A stretch of 64,000 nt of DNA from the NCBI GenBank assembly GCA_963708295.1, contig CAVPSJ010000011.1:96001-160000 (forward strand), in the 5' to 3' direction. The notes beneath the pieces are model-generated. The model ran no database searches, was not told the origin of the DNA, and was given only the letters and a program-made list of their open reading frames with translations. Below are positions 1 through 10,357 of this stretch, piece by piece. Origin of the DNA: an uncultured delta proteobacterium (GTDB lineage: Bacteria; Desulfobacterota; BSN033; UBA1163). Every line of letters begins with the position of its first letter. The stretch's first letter is position 1. A program made the position numbers and the translations under genes.

Positions 1-432
1 ATTTCTGAAAAATTACTCCTTCCTATCCTCCTTGAGTTGTCTGCGGAAGAGTCATATATCCTCGAATCATCCCAGGAGGTATTGAAGGAGATTGGATTTG
101 AAATCGAGGCTGTTGGCGAAAAGCTCTTTGCCATTCGATCCCTCCCGTCCTTTATTGATCAACGGGACCCAAAAGAATTCGTCAGAGAGGTATTGGATGA
201 ACTTTCTTTTTTAGAGAAAGGGGGCAAGGGCGACGAGGCACTCCATAGGCTTTTGGTCACGTTGGCTTGCCATTCTGCCGTGCGAGCGAATTTTCTATTG
301 AAAAGGGAGGAGATCGATCGGTTGGTGGAAGATCTCATTCCCTTCCCTCCTTCAACCACCTGTCCTCATGGACGGCCTGTGTTCTTCATTCTCCCCGTTG
401 ATGAATTAGGAAAACAGTTCAAAAGAAAGTGA
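1..432 (+). CDS. mutL: DNA mismatch repair protein MutL, C-terminal part (cut by window edge)
   Basis: Frame open from base 1; MutL C-terminal motifs ACHSAV and TCPHGRP. Confidence 0.93.
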   Translation: MSEKLLLPILLELSAEESYILESSQEVLKEIGFEIEAVGEKLFAIRSLPSFIDQRDPKEFVREVLDELSFLEKGGKGDEALHRLLVTLACHSAVRANFLLKREEIDRLVEDLIPFPPSTTCPHGRPVFFILPVDELGKQFKRK

Positions 433-484
433 CCAGGACCTAATCGGGATCTTGAATTTAGGGAACAATTGCGCCCGCTGGCAT

Positions 485-1885
485 TCAGGCTAGATCCGAA
501 TCCGATCCGTGATTCAATCCGTATTTTTCCAAACGATAACGCATGGATCGGAAATTGATATGCAAAAGCTCTGCTGCCTTCTTTTTTATCCCCTTGGTTC
601 TATCCAACGCTTTCAGAAGGAGCGTCCTTTCAAGGTCCTCCACCATCCTTTCCAGATCAATTCCCTCGCTCGGGATTTCGATGTCAATCGCTCCTTTCTT
701 TTGAAGAGGTTGCTCACTTAAGTACGAACTCAGGTTGTGTGCGGTGAGATCTGAACTACTCTCTAGAGCGACCGCCCTTTCAATTATATTTTGGAGCTCT
801 CTCACGTTCCCTGGATATTCGTAATTCATCAGGATTTGGATTGCCTCCGGAGAGATCTTCGAAATGTTCTTGCTCAACTCCTGAGAATACTTTTTCAAGA
901 AATGGTTAGCCAGAGTCTGAATATCTTCTCTTCGGTCTCTGAGGGGTGGGAGTTTGATCTGAATGACATTGAGGCGGTAAAATAAATCCTCACGAAAGTG
1001 CTTTTCCTTTACGGCCTCTTCGAGTTCTTTATTCGTGGCCGCGATGATTCGAACATCCACCCGGATGTCTTCCGTGCCTCCCACTCTTTTGAATTCTTTA
1101 TCTTGCAGCACCCTTAATAATTTCACCTGCATGAGGAGGGGAAGTTCGCTGATTTCGTCTAAAAAAATCGTTCCCTCATCCGCCACTTCAAACAATCCCT
1201 TCTTGGTGGCGATGGCATCGGTAAACGCCCCTTTCATGTGACCAAAGAGTTCACTTTCAATCAGGGATTCGGGAATGGCGCCACAATTCAATGTGACGAA
1301 GGGTTTGTCCTTACGGGGACTATTATAATGGATTGCCTTTGCTACGAGTTCTTTACCCGTTCCGCTTTCTCCGGTTATCAAAATATTTGTCTTGGTGGGA
1401 GAGACTTTTTCCAAGAGGTCGTACAGCGTCACCATTTTTGGGCTTTGCCCGATGATATTTCCAAAATGGAAACGGTCTCTGACCGCCTGCTTCAAAAGTG
1501 TGTTCTCTTTTTGAAGATTCTTCTTTTCCAGCGCGTTTTTGATAATCAACTTGATCTCTTCTACTTTGAAGGGCTTCGTGATATAGTCATAGGCCCCTTC
1601 CTTCATGGCTTTGATGGCCGTATCCGCAGAAGCATAAGCCGTGATCATGATAACGATGGTTTCTGGAGCGTTCACCTTAATTTTTTTTAATGAGGAGATA
1701 CCATCCAGCTTGGGCATGCGGATATCGAGAAGAACCAGGTCAAAAACATCACTTTCAACCAGTTTGACAACTTCTTCTCCGTTCGACGCGAGTGAAACCT
1801 TATACCCCTCTTTTTTCAGCATGATGTCTAGAAATTCCCTCATGCTTTGCTCGTCATCAGCCACCAAGATTTTGTCTTTGATCAT
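485..1885 (-). CDS. pilR: Sigma54-dependent response regulator (REC-AAA+-HTH), PilR
   Basis: Receiver domain, Walker [15 protein letters not shown] loop, C-terminal HTH (INFRSMRYRLEK); directly downstream of pilC-pilS. Confidence 0.88.
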   Translation of the reverse strand: MIKDKILVADDEQSMREFLDIMLKKEGYKVSLASNGEEVVKLVESDVFDLVLLDIRMPKLDGISSLKKIKVNAPETIVIMITAYASADTAIKAMKEGAYDYITKPFKVEEIKLIIKNALEKKNLQKENTLLKQAVRDRFHFGNIIGQSPKMVTLYDLLEKVSPTKTNILITGESGTGKELVAKAIHYNSPRKDKPFVTLNCGAIPESLIESELFGHMKGAFTDAIATKKGLFEVADEGTIFLDEISELPLLMQVKLLRVLQDKEFKRVGGTEDIRVDVRIIAATNKELEEAVKEKHFREDLFYRLNVIQIKLPPLRDRREDIQTLANHFLKKYSQELSKNISKISPEAIQILMNYEYPGNVRELQNIIERAVALESSSDLTAHNLSSYLSEQPLQKKGAIDIEIPSEGIDLERMVEDLERTLLLKALDRTKGIKKKAAELLHINFRSMRYRLEKYGLNHGSDSDLA

Positions 1886-1899
1886 TCCGGTTTCCTTTT

Positions 1900-3600
1900 C
1901 TATTCAGCTGGAAGATAGATGATAAAGCTGGACCCTTTGCCCAACTCGCTTTCCACCCTGATCAAGCCGTTGTGATTTTCGATGATTCTGTGGACGATTG
2001 AAAGGCCCAATCCGGTTCCATTTTCTTTCGTCGTAAAAAAGGGTTCAAAAATCTTCTCCTTGTCTTCTTGAGCCATGCCGTGTCCAGAATCGATGATTGA
2101 AATTCTTGTCCATTCCTTCCCCCCCAACGGATAGGAGAGAGGAAGGCTGGTGACGCCCCCTTTCCCCAGCTGAACTTGAATTTCTCCCGGATCGGACATC
2201 GACTGGGCCGCGTTAAGCAAAAGGTTCCAGAACACTTGCTTCATTTGATCGGGGTCTACCGAGGCGTATACATCTTCCCCGTTGCTTGGCAGGCGAATAT
2301 GAATCCCCTCGTGATAGGAAGGAGAATGGACGAACAGATCCAGAGTGTCTTCGAGAATGCCCCTCATGGGGCACTTCATCTTGCGCGTTTGAGGAGGTTG
2401 CGCGAAAAGTAGAAAGTCTGTGATTAAGGCATTGAGCCTCTCTGATTCCCTCAGGGTGATTTGCATGAGACGTTCTTGGTGGTTATCTAAGGTGAGATCG
2501 CTTTTTAACATTTGAATCGACCCGCTGAGGGAAGCCAGCGGGTTTCTGATCTCATGGGCCATCCCGGCAGCTAAGACTCCGACGGCCGCCATCTTGTCCA
2601 CTCGCTTCATTTCTTCTTCCATCTCTTTAAATCTTGTGATGTCTTGAAAAATAAGCGTATGGCCGATTAATGATCCCTCCGGATCGGTCAGTGGAGAGAT
2701 CGAAAACCCGAGATAAATTCTTCCCCCGTCTTGATTGAACAAAAGAGTTTCATAACGTTGATAGTCGGAGGAGGGCGCCGAAATCTTTTCTCTTGCTTCC
2801 TCGATCGTCTGATTGATATTTGGAAACAGGGGATAGATAGAAGTATTTTTCAGGCTTTCTTCAGTCCGGTTTAGTATTTTCTCGCCTGTTCGATTTAGAA
2901 ATTTAACGTTTCCACAAAGGTCAAGCGTCAGTAAGCCGCTGTCCAAACTCTGAATGATATTCCGATTGAATATCTCTAATTGGTTGTAATCTACCTGTTT
3001 CTGGATCAGTTCTTTTCCTTTTTTCCTCAACTCTTCTGATATCGCGCTGCTGAGAAAGGCGACAATGTAAAAAGTAGCCATATAAATAATCAACGTATGA
3101 AAGACTTGGCTGGCGTCATAAAGAGCAGGTTCGCCCAGGGGATTGATCCAGTGATAAAGTTGGAACAACAAAAGGAGGCCAAAGAGCAGCGATGAGAGGG
3201 ATGCCGAAAAGAGCGCCCCCCGCCTATAAAAAATCATGCTGCTTGCTATAATCGAAAAGATATAGGCGATAGGGAAAAAGCTTTCTTTTCCGCCAGTAAA
3301 AAAAATCAAACCGGTGATAAAAAGCAGATCGATGATAATTTGGGAAAATGTGAATCGGTAGAGGTTTTTGATCTTCCGCAAAAAAAACGCATAAACGATC
3401 GTTACCAGGTAAAAAAAGCCGATAAAATAGTAGAATTTGTTAGTCAAAGGGATGAAAAAGTATTTCTTCTCAGAAAGTTGGAAAAACAAGGTAATGGTAA
3501 GGAGAAGGGTAAGGATGATGACACGACCCAACATCAACCCCTTGACATTTCTTGACATCTTTGAGGGTGTATCAAGTGAAAGGGTTAAATTTGTGTCCAT
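1900..3600 (-). CDS. pilS: Membrane sensor histidine kinase PilS
   Basis: Several N-terminal TM helices, PAS-like region, H-box AHEIRNPL, G-box GTGLGL; lies between pilC and pilR. Confidence 0.88.
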   Translation of the reverse strand: MDTNLTLSLDTPSKMSRNVKGLMLGRVIILTLLLTITLFFQLSEKKYFFIPLTNKFYYFIGFFYLVTIVYAFFLRKIKNLYRFTFSQIIIDLLFITGLIFFTGGKESFFPIAYIFSIIASSMIFYRRGALFSASLSSLLFGLLLLFQLYHWINPLGEPALYDASQVFHTLIIYMATFYIVAFLSSAISEELRKKGKELIQKQVDYNQLEIFNRNIIQSLDSGLLTLDLCGNVKFLNRTGEKILNRTEESLKNTSIYPLFPNINQTIEEAREKISAPSSDYQRYETLLFNQDGGRIYLGFSISPLTDPEGSLIGHTLIFQDITRFKEMEEEMKRVDKMAAVGVLAAGMAHEIRNPLASLSGSIQMLKSDLTLDNHQERLMQITLRESERLNALITDFLLFAQPPQTRKMKCPMRGILEDTLDLFVHSPSYHEGIHIRLPSNGEDVYASVDPDQMKQVFWNLLLNAAQSMSDPGEIQVQLGKGGVTSLPLSYPLGGKEWTRISIIDSGHGMAQEDKEKIFEPFFTTKENGTGLGLSIVHRIIENHNGLIRVESELGKGSSFIIYLPAE

Positions 3601-3640
3601 TCCATCCCACTATTTAACAGGATATCGAACAAGAAGAACG

Positions 3641-4846
3641 CTAACCCACTGCAGAGGCCATGTTGAAAATGGGAAGATACATGGCAATCACGACGCCTCC
3701 GATGACGATTCCCAGGAAGATCATGAGAAGCGGTTCGAGCAGGGCGGTCAAATTGGACACCGCCACATCCACTTCATCCTCATAAAATTCTGCAATTTTC
3801 GACAACATGGAGTCCAAGGCTCCTGTAGATTCTCCGACTGCGATCATCTGGATAACCATGGGCGGAAAAAGAGAACTTCGGCCCAAGGGCTCTGCAATGG
3901 TTTCACCTTCCCGAATGCTGGCTCTCGCATTCATAATGGCCGTTTCGATCGCTCTGTTTCCTGAAGTTCGAGAAACAATACTCAATCCGTCTAAGATGGG
4001 AACCCCGCTGCTGACAAGGGTTCCTAATGTCCGTGAGAACCGCGCCACAGCAATCTTTCTAAATAACGGTCCAAAAACGGGCAACCTTAAAAGGAGGCGG
4101 TCAACGACCGCCCTTCCGCTGTCTGTCTTGTAATATCTCTTAAACAGAATAACCAAGAGAATGAGGGCAGGGATGATGAAAATGATATATTTCTTAACCA
4201 TTCTACTCATTCCAAGAACGATCACCGTCGGGAGAGGTAACGATTGGCCCGCCCCTGAAAACATCGTTTCAAAGACAGGGATCACGAAGATCATCAAGAT
4301 AATGACCACAGCGACAGCCACGGTCACAATCGTCGCCGGGTAGATGAGTGCTGATTTAACCTTCTTTTTCAGAGCCTCTGCCTTTTCTATGTAGGTTGCC
4401 AGGCGGCCTAAAATCGTGTCTAAAATTCCTCCCTCCTCACCTGCGACGACCAGGTTCGTATACAATTCATTGAAGGTTACGGGATGTTTTTTAAGGGCTC
4501 CCGCAAAGGTGGAGCCTCCCTCCACATCTTCTCTGATTTCTCTAATAATATTCTTAAAAAGTGTGGTTTCTTGTTGTTGAGACAGAACTTCCAGGGATTG
4601 GACTAAGGGTAATCCGGCATCGATCATTGTAGCCAGCTGTCGGGTAAAAACAGCGACCGCTCGTTGCTGTACTTTCTTCTTATACAGCAACGGAATGGTG
4701 ATCTCTTTTGCCTTGGAACTAATACCGGTCGGGATGATATTCTGTTGTCGAAGATGAATTCGGATCGCCGCCTCACTGGGAGCTTCCATCTCTCCCTTTT
4801 TAACAACTCCTTTTGCTGTCTTCCCTTCCCATTTATAAATTGGCAT
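3641..4846 (-). CDS. pilC: Type IV pilus platform protein PilC (GspF family)
   Basis: FTRQLATMIDAGLPL, GEEGGILD and AMYLPIF motifs. Confidence 0.96.
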   Translation of the reverse strand: MPIYKWEGKTAKGVVKKGEMEAPSEAAIRIHLRQQNIIPTGISSKAKEITIPLLYKKKVQQRAVAVFTRQLATMIDAGLPLVQSLEVLSQQQETTLFKNIIREIREDVEGGSTFAGALKKHPVTFNELYTNLVVAGEEGGILDTILGRLATYIEKAEALKKKVKSALIYPATIVTVAVAVVIILMIFVIPVFETMFSGAGQSLPLPTVIVLGMSRMVKKYIIFIIPALILLVILFKRYYKTDSGRAVVDRLLLRLPVFGPLFRKIAVARFSRTLGTLVSSGVPILDGLSIVSRTSGNRAIETAIMNARASIREGETIAEPLGRSSLFPPMVIQMIAVGESTGALDSMLSKIAEFYEDEVDVAVSNLTALLEPLLMIFLGIVIGGVVIAMYLPIFNMASAVG

Positions 4847-4869
4847 ATTCTATTCCTTTCCTGATCAGC

Positions 4870-5976
4870 TTATGCGGTTCGCATCGGTCTTTCCTTCTTT
4901 GCCATCCCGGAGCCAGAAGTGGAAAGCATCTGTCGAAATTCATCCAGATTATGACTTCGTTCCATGGCATCCTCTAAAGAGATTAGATGACGTTCTACGA
5001 GTGAAAGAAGAGCCTGGTTCATCGTTTGCATTCCGAATTTTGCCTGCCCAACCTGCATCTGAGAGTAGATTTGTTGAATTTTATCCTCCCGAATAAGGTT
5101 TCGAATTGCCGGGTTTGGAAACATCACCTCCATGGCTAAAGCACGCCCTTTTCCTCCTACTCTTGGAATGAGCTGTTGGGCTAGCACTCCTTCCAAGACA
5201 AAGGAAAGCTGCGTCCGAATTTGGGTTTGCTGATGGGAAGGAAAGACATCGATGATCCGATTGATCGTTTCCACGCAGGAATTCGTGTGTAAGGTGGCAA
5301 ATGTCAAATGGCCTGTTTCTGCGCAAATAAGGGCTGCCTCAATCGTTTCCAGATCCCTCATCTCTCCGATGAGAATGATGTCCGGGTCCTGACGGAGGAT
5401 GTGGCGAAGGGCTGCCGTGAAACTTTTTGTGTCTTGGTTCACCTCTCTTTGATTAACGATACAGCTTTTGTGGCGGTGAAGATATTCGATCGGATCTTCC
5501 ACGGTCACGATATGAGCGCTTTTTTCAGTATTGATCTTGTCAATCATGGCAGCTAAGGTCGTGGATTTCCCGGTTCCCGTCGGTCCTGTTACGAGTACGA
5601 GACCCTTGGGCTTCTTGAGCAAATCAGTGGCCGCAGGAGGAACTCCCAATTCAGAAAAATTAAGGATCTCGAAGGGAATGGCTCGGAAGGCCCCTGCAAC
5701 GGCACCCCGTTGCATAAACATATTCCCTCTGAATCGGCTTAATCCTTTAATTCCAAAGGAGAAATCAAATTCCCAATCTTCCTCAAACTTGTGCCGCTGA
5801 GCATCGGTCAATACGCTGTAACAGAGTCTTTTTGTATCGGTTGCTGACAAGACGGTATCATCTAAGCCGACCAGCTTTCCGTCAATCCGAAATTGAGGAG
5901 TTGCCCCAGTGGTAATGTGTAAATCGGAGGCTTTTTTCTCAATAACGATCTCAAGTAATTTCTGCAGTTCTAACAT
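4870..5976 (-). CDS. pilT: Pilus retraction ATPase PilT
   Basis: Walker A GPTGTGKST, GEMRD, TLHT and the PilT-type AIRNLIRE motif. Confidence 0.96.
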   Translation of the reverse strand: MLELQKLLEIVIEKKASDLHITTGATPQFRIDGKLVGLDDTVLSATDTKRLCYSVLTDAQRHKFEEDWEFDFSFGIKGLSRFRGNMFMQRGAVAGAFRAIPFEILNFSELGVPPAATDLLKKPKGLVLVTGPTGTGKSTTLAAMIDKINTEKSAHIVTVEDPIEYLHRHKSCIVNQREVNQDTKSFTAALRHILRQDPDIILIGEMRDLETIEAALICAETGHLTFATLHTNSCVETINRIIDVFPSHQQTQIRTQLSFVLEGVLAQQLIPRVGGKGRALAMEVMFPNPAIRNLIREDKIQQIYSQMQVGQAKFGMQTMNQALLSLVERHLISLEDAMERSHNLDEFRQMLSTSGSGMAKKERPMRTA

Positions 5977-6008
5977 ATTTCCATTCCTCCCATTATTCCT
6001 TTAGTAAA

Positions 6009-7808
6009 TCATCGATCTTCCATGGTTGACCGAAGGACCTCCTCAATGGTCGTCATCCCTTCCTTAATCTTGGAGATTCCACTTTGTCGCAATGTTTTCA
6101 TTCCTAAACGGATAGCTTCTTTCTTAACTTCAGAGGTGGAGGCCCGGGACAAGACAAGCTCTTTAACCTCTTCTTTCATGGGCATGACTTCATACAGCCC
6201 GACCCTGCCCTTGTATCCGGTATTGTTGCAAAGGGAGCATCCCTTCCCCTTGTAAACCTGGAAGGACTTGACTTCGTCGGGTGGAATTCCCAAATCGATT
6301 AGAAGTTGAGGATGGACTTTGATGGGCTCCTTGCATTCCGGGCAAACCTTACGGATTAACCTTTGGGCAAGTATTAAGACGATGGCTGAGGAGATTAAGA
6401 AGGGCTCGATTCCCATGTCAATGAGTCTTGAAATCGTCCCAGGCGCGTCGTTGGTGTGAACGGTGCTGAGGACAAGGTGTCCGGTAAGAGCCGCCTGGAC
6501 CGCGATCTGAGCTGTTTCAAAATCACGAATCTCACCGACCATGATGATGTCAGGGTCCTGCCGAAGGAAGGACCGGAGAGCAGAAGCAAAAGTTAGCCCA
6601 ATCTCTTCGTGCATTTGGACCTGATTGATCCCCATAAAGTTATATTCAATCGGGTCTTCAGCCGTAATAATATTCTCAGATTCTTTATTCAGCTCGGATA
6701 AAGCAGAATAGAGAGTGGTCGTCTTTCCACTTCCGGTGGGACCGGTCACCAGAATCATCCCAACAGGCTTGTGAATGGCCGCCTTGAGATCAGCCAGGGA
6801 AGATTCTTCAAATCCCAGCTTTGTCATATCCAGTTGTAGGGCAGATTTATCCAATAGGCGAAGGACAACTTTCTCACCATAAAGGACAGGGATGCTAGAG
6901 ACCCGAAAGTCCATTTCCCGTCCTTTTCCCATTCGTAACTTGATTCTTCCATCCTGGGGAAGTCGCTTTTCAGCAATATCGAGTTTCGCCATAATCTTTA
7001 GGCGTGAAGTCATTGCATTTTTGATCTGAATAGGGAGTGCCATATCCCGCTTCAACACGCCGTCAAGTCGGTATCTGACCCGAAAAGTCCTTTCGTAAGG
7101 TTCAAAATGAATATCGCTTGCTCCCAATTTTATCGCCTTGATCAGGATTCCGTTGACGATCTTGATGATCGGACCCTGCATATCGATCGTCTCATCTGAA
7201 TTTTGCTCAGCTTCGACGACTTCCACATTATCCACGGCCCCGTGGACCAGCTTGTCAAAATCATCCACATCGACGATATCGTCGTCAAGCATGATGCCAT
7301 CTCCGGAGGCGTTGTTTTTTCCATCCTCCAAGTCAAAATCACTGGACTGAAAGGAGATCGTTCCCAATCCGGCAACGCTTCCGCCCCCGCCGTAATATTT
7401 TTTGACTGCATCAATAATCTCCGTTTCTGAAGCCACTACGGGTTCTACATTGAAGCCGGTCATGAATTTGATTTCATCGATCACGACAATATTACTGGGG
7501 TCAACCATCGCCACCGTCAATTTAGGACCCGTCCGGTTGATGGGGATGATAAAATACTTCTTCGAAATGCTGGGTGGAACCAATTTGATCACACTGGGAT
7601 TGATCTCCATCTTCGAAATCTTTACGGATGGAACCCTATATTGCGCACTGAGAAAGGACAGTAATTCGTCCTCCTTGATATATCCTAGCCTGACCAGATT
7701 TGATTCTAAACGCCCTCCCTTTAACTTTTGTTCGTCTATGGCCTTCTTGAGTTGCTCCGGAGTGATGAAATTTCTTTTTATGAGAAGTTCACCTAATCGT
7801 TCTGCCAA
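6009..7808 (-). CDS. pilB: Pilus extension ATPase PilB
   Basis: N-terminal MshEN-like RLGELL, Walker A GPTGSGKT, LRQDPD, tetra-Cys zinc motif; TTG start with GGAGGGAG SD. Confidence 0.96.
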   Translation of the reverse strand: MAERLGELLIKRNFITPEQLKKAIDEQKLKGGRLESNLVRLGYIKEDELLSFLSAQYRVPSVKISKMEINPSVIKLVPPSISKKYFIIPINRTGPKLTVAMVDPSNIVVIDEIKFMTGFNVEPVVASETEIIDAVKKYYGGGGSVAGLGTISFQSSDFDLEDGKNNASGDGIMLDDDIVDVDDFDKLVHGAVDNVEVVEAEQNSDETIDMQGPIIKIVNGILIKAIKLGASDIHFEPYERTFRVRYRLDGVLKRDMALPIQIKNAMTSRLKIMAKLDIAEKRLPQDGRIKLRMGKGREMDFRVSSIPVLYGEKVVLRLLDKSALQLDMTKLGFEESSLADLKAAIHKPVGMILVTGPTGSGKTTTLYSALSELNKESENIITAEDPIEYNFMGINQVQMHEEIGLTFASALRSFLRQDPDIIMVGEIRDFETAQIAVQAALTGHLVLSTVHTNDAPGTISRLIDMGIEPFLISSAIVLILAQRLIRKVCPECKEPIKVHPQLLIDLGIPPDEVKSFQVYKGKGCSLCNNTGYKGRVGLYEVMPMKEEVKELVLSRASTSEVKKEAIRLGMKTLRQSGISKIKEGMTTIEEVLRSTMEDR

Positions 7809-7887
7809 ATCTTGCTCCCTCCTAACTTTTCGGAATAACTTAGAATATTAAAGCAGATAATTTCTTGTCAAGAGTAAAATAGTGTGT

Positions 7888-7903
7888 AGCAAAATGAGTG
7901 CCA
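7888..7903 (-). promoter_or_regulatory. Sigma54 -24/-12 promoter of the pilBTCSR operon
   Basis: Minus strand reads TGGCAC-TCATT-TTGCT (GG-N10-GC consensus), ~80 nt upstream of pilB. Confidence 0.8.
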
Positions 7904-8023
7904 ATTTTTGCCTACGTTCAATTCATTGAATTTTATAAGATTTAATTTTACCCAGGATGTCTGACTTACAAAATAGTGCATAAAAAAGGCGAAGGTGGGT
8001 AATAATTAGCCAATTTCAAGTCA

Positions 8024-9472
8024 TCACTCAGTGGGAAGAGAGGGCAATCTAACGATGAAAGAACTTCCTTTTCCTAATTCGCTTTCCACTTTAAGCTCAC
8101 CTTGGTGAGCTTCGACAATCCAATGACAGATACTGAGGCCGAGGCCGCTCCCGCCTTGCTCCCGTGAACGGGCTTTATCTACTCGGAAGAATCGGTTAAA
8201 AACTTTTTCCTGGTCCTCTTTGGAAATTCCAATTCCTGTATCGGTTACAAGGATTTTCACGAATCTTTCCCTCTCTTTGTCCATTGTCACCGGAGTTGAA
8301 AATTCCTTTTGTACGCTGATATGGATAGAACCTCCCTCTTCAGTATATTTAATCCCATTCTCGATCAAATTTATAAATAGCTCTCGAATTCGCAAAGCAT
8401 CTCCGAAAACGTGGACCTCCTCATGATGATTCGACATTGAAAGGTCGAGTCTCTTGGACCTCGCTAACATATCCATTTGAGCGACAACCTCCGTGAGTAT
8501 CTCGGTCAAATTAATATCTCCCTTATTTAACTTTATCTGCCCTGTATCGGCTCTTGAAAGAAGTAAGAGATCTTCAACGATTTGTGACATGCGGTTAATT
8601 TCTTCCAAGTTGCTTTTCAGAGTTTGTTGATATTCTTGCCGGGTCCGCTCCTTTCGGAGCATGACTTCTACCTCTCCTTTCAGAATGGTTAAGGGAGTTT
8701 TCAATTCATGGGAAGCATCCGAACTGAATTGCTTAATCTGCCGGAAAGATTGATCAAGCCGGGAAATCATCCCATTGAAGGTTTCGATCAGCCGTGATAT
8801 CTCATCTTTTACTTTGGGAGGGACAATCCTTTGGTTCAAATTTTGGGAGGTGATCATCCTTGCCGTGTGAGTAATGTCATCAACAGGTTTTAATGCTTTA
8901 TGTGCAAGAAATTGTCCTCCCAGACTAGCCACCATCAAAGCTAAGGGAACGGTGATGATTAAAATGATGAACAAGGTGTTGAGGGCATCCTCGACCTCTT
9001 CCAAGGACGAGGCAATTTGAATAATTCTTGTAGCATGATTATTTTCGACAACCGGGAAGGTGATGATTCTTAGGGGCGTATTTCCAATAGAACGATTCGT
9101 TTCAAAGGTAATCAACCCTTTAGAGGCATTTTTCAATGCGTTTAAACTGATCGGCAGCTGAACATTCTTCAAGTTCTCAGATTTCCGGCCGATGTTACCC
9201 GATTCGTCCAAGACCTGGATGAATTTCCCTATGGGCTTCAGATTCATGGAGGTTTCAAGAGTCTGGTCAATATTTCCGAAGCCAAATTTGGATAAGGGAG
9301 ACGAAGATTCTGATGAGACGAGCTCGGCGAGAGACCGTAACTTATTGTCCACATCTCGATGAAGGCTGTTTGAGAGTGTAAAATACAAAAAGGTGCTGAA
9401 GGAGATTAATAAGACTCCGAGTATTAAAACATACCACAGGGTGAGTTTAAATCGGAGGCTTCTGAAATTCAT
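8024..9472 (-). CDS. HAMP-domain sensor histidine kinase (heavy-metal-sensor/OmpR-partner type)
   Basis: Two TM helices, HAMP, H-box ASHELKTPL, GSGLGL. Confidence 0.9.
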   Translation of the reverse strand: MNFRSLRFKLTLWYVLILGVLLISFSTFLYFTLSNSLHRDVDNKLRSLAELVSSESSSPLSKFGFGNIDQTLETSMNLKPIGKFIQVLDESGNIGRKSENLKNVQLPISLNALKNASKGLITFETNRSIGNTPLRIITFPVVENNHATRIIQIASSLEEVEDALNTLFIILIITVPLALMVASLGGQFLAHKALKPVDDITHTARMITSQNLNQRIVPPKVKDEISRLIETFNGMISRLDQSFRQIKQFSSDASHELKTPLTILKGEVEVMLRKERTRQEYQQTLKSNLEEINRMSQIVEDLLLLSRADTGQIKLNKGDINLTEILTEVVAQMDMLARSKRLDLSMSNHHEEVHVFGDALRIRELFINLIENGIKYTEEGGSIHISVQKEFSTPVTMDKERERFVKILVTDTGIGISKEDQEKVFNRFFRVDKARSREQGGSGLGLSICHWIVEAHQGELKVESELGKGSSFIVRLPSLPTE

Positions 9473-10165
9473 TCAAGCCCTTTTCATCTCCTGCCGGGTG
9501 GCAGACAAGAGATACCCGACCCCTCGAATCGTATGGATCAGTTTGAGTTCAAACCCTTTATCAATTTTCTTACGAAGATAATTTACGTAGACATCGACCA
9601 AATTGGTCATCGAGTCAAAATGGTAATCCCAGACATGTTCGGAAATCATCGTCCGGGTCAGGATCTTATCCGGATTTCTCATGAAATATTCTAACAGTGA
9701 GTATTCCTTGGCTGTGAGCTCAATTTCTTTCCCTCCTCGCATCACTTTATGGGTGACCAAAGATAAAGTCAAATCGTTAATCCCTAGAATGGGCTCTTTG
9801 TCTACTTTCTCCCTACGCAGAAGAGCACGGACTCTGGCTAAGAATACCAAGAATTCAAATGGTTTCGTCAAATAATCATCACAACCGGCATCTAAACCCC
9901 TCACGATATCCTCGACGCTGTCCTTGGCGGTCAGCACCAGTATCGGAACATTGTTTCGATTTCCCCTCACTCTTCTCAGGACCTCTAATCCGTCAATTTT
10001 GGGGATCATCAGATCGAGAACAATCAGGTCGTATTCATTCACTTCTGCCATATAAAGACCTGATTCTCCGTCATAAGCATTGTCCACCGCATAATGCTCT
10101 TCTTCCAGCCCCTTCTTGATGAAATTAGCGACTTTTTTCTCGTCCTCGACAACTAAGATTCTCAT
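9473..10165 (-). CDS. OmpR-family response regulator (CusR/CzcR-like)
   Basis: Receiver domain plus winged helix (VDVYVNYLRKKID...IHTIRGVGY); abuts the kinase gene. Confidence 0.92.
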   Translation of the reverse strand: MRILVVEDEKKVANFIKKGLEEEHYAVDNAYDGESGLYMAEVNEYDLIVLDLMIPKIDGLEVLRRVRGNRNNVPILVLTAKDSVEDIVRGLDAGCDDYLTKPFEFLVFLARVRALLRREKVDKEPILGINDLTLSLVTHKVMRGGKEIELTAKEYSLLEYFMRNPDKILTRTMISEHVWDYHFDSMTNLVDVYVNYLRKKIDKGFELKLIHTIRGVGYLLSATRQEMKRA

Positions 10166-10291
10166 CCCTGTCCTTCGTCAGGCTGGAATGGGTAGACTGA
10201 TGAGAGAGCCCACCCAATACTCCAACCTTTTCTAATATGTTATCATTATAAGGACAATCAAAAAAAATTCAATAGCAAATACAATGACATC

Positions 10292-10320
10292 TTGACACTT
10301 CATCTTTAGTCTGTTAGCAT
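10292..10320 (+). promoter_or_regulatory. Sigma70-type promoter for the nitrilase-lepB genes
   Basis: TTGACA-N17-TAGCAT with an extended -10 TG. Confidence 0.55.
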
Positions 10321-10357
10321 TTTCGAAATTTTCAGTACCCATAGGAGAAGTCAAACA

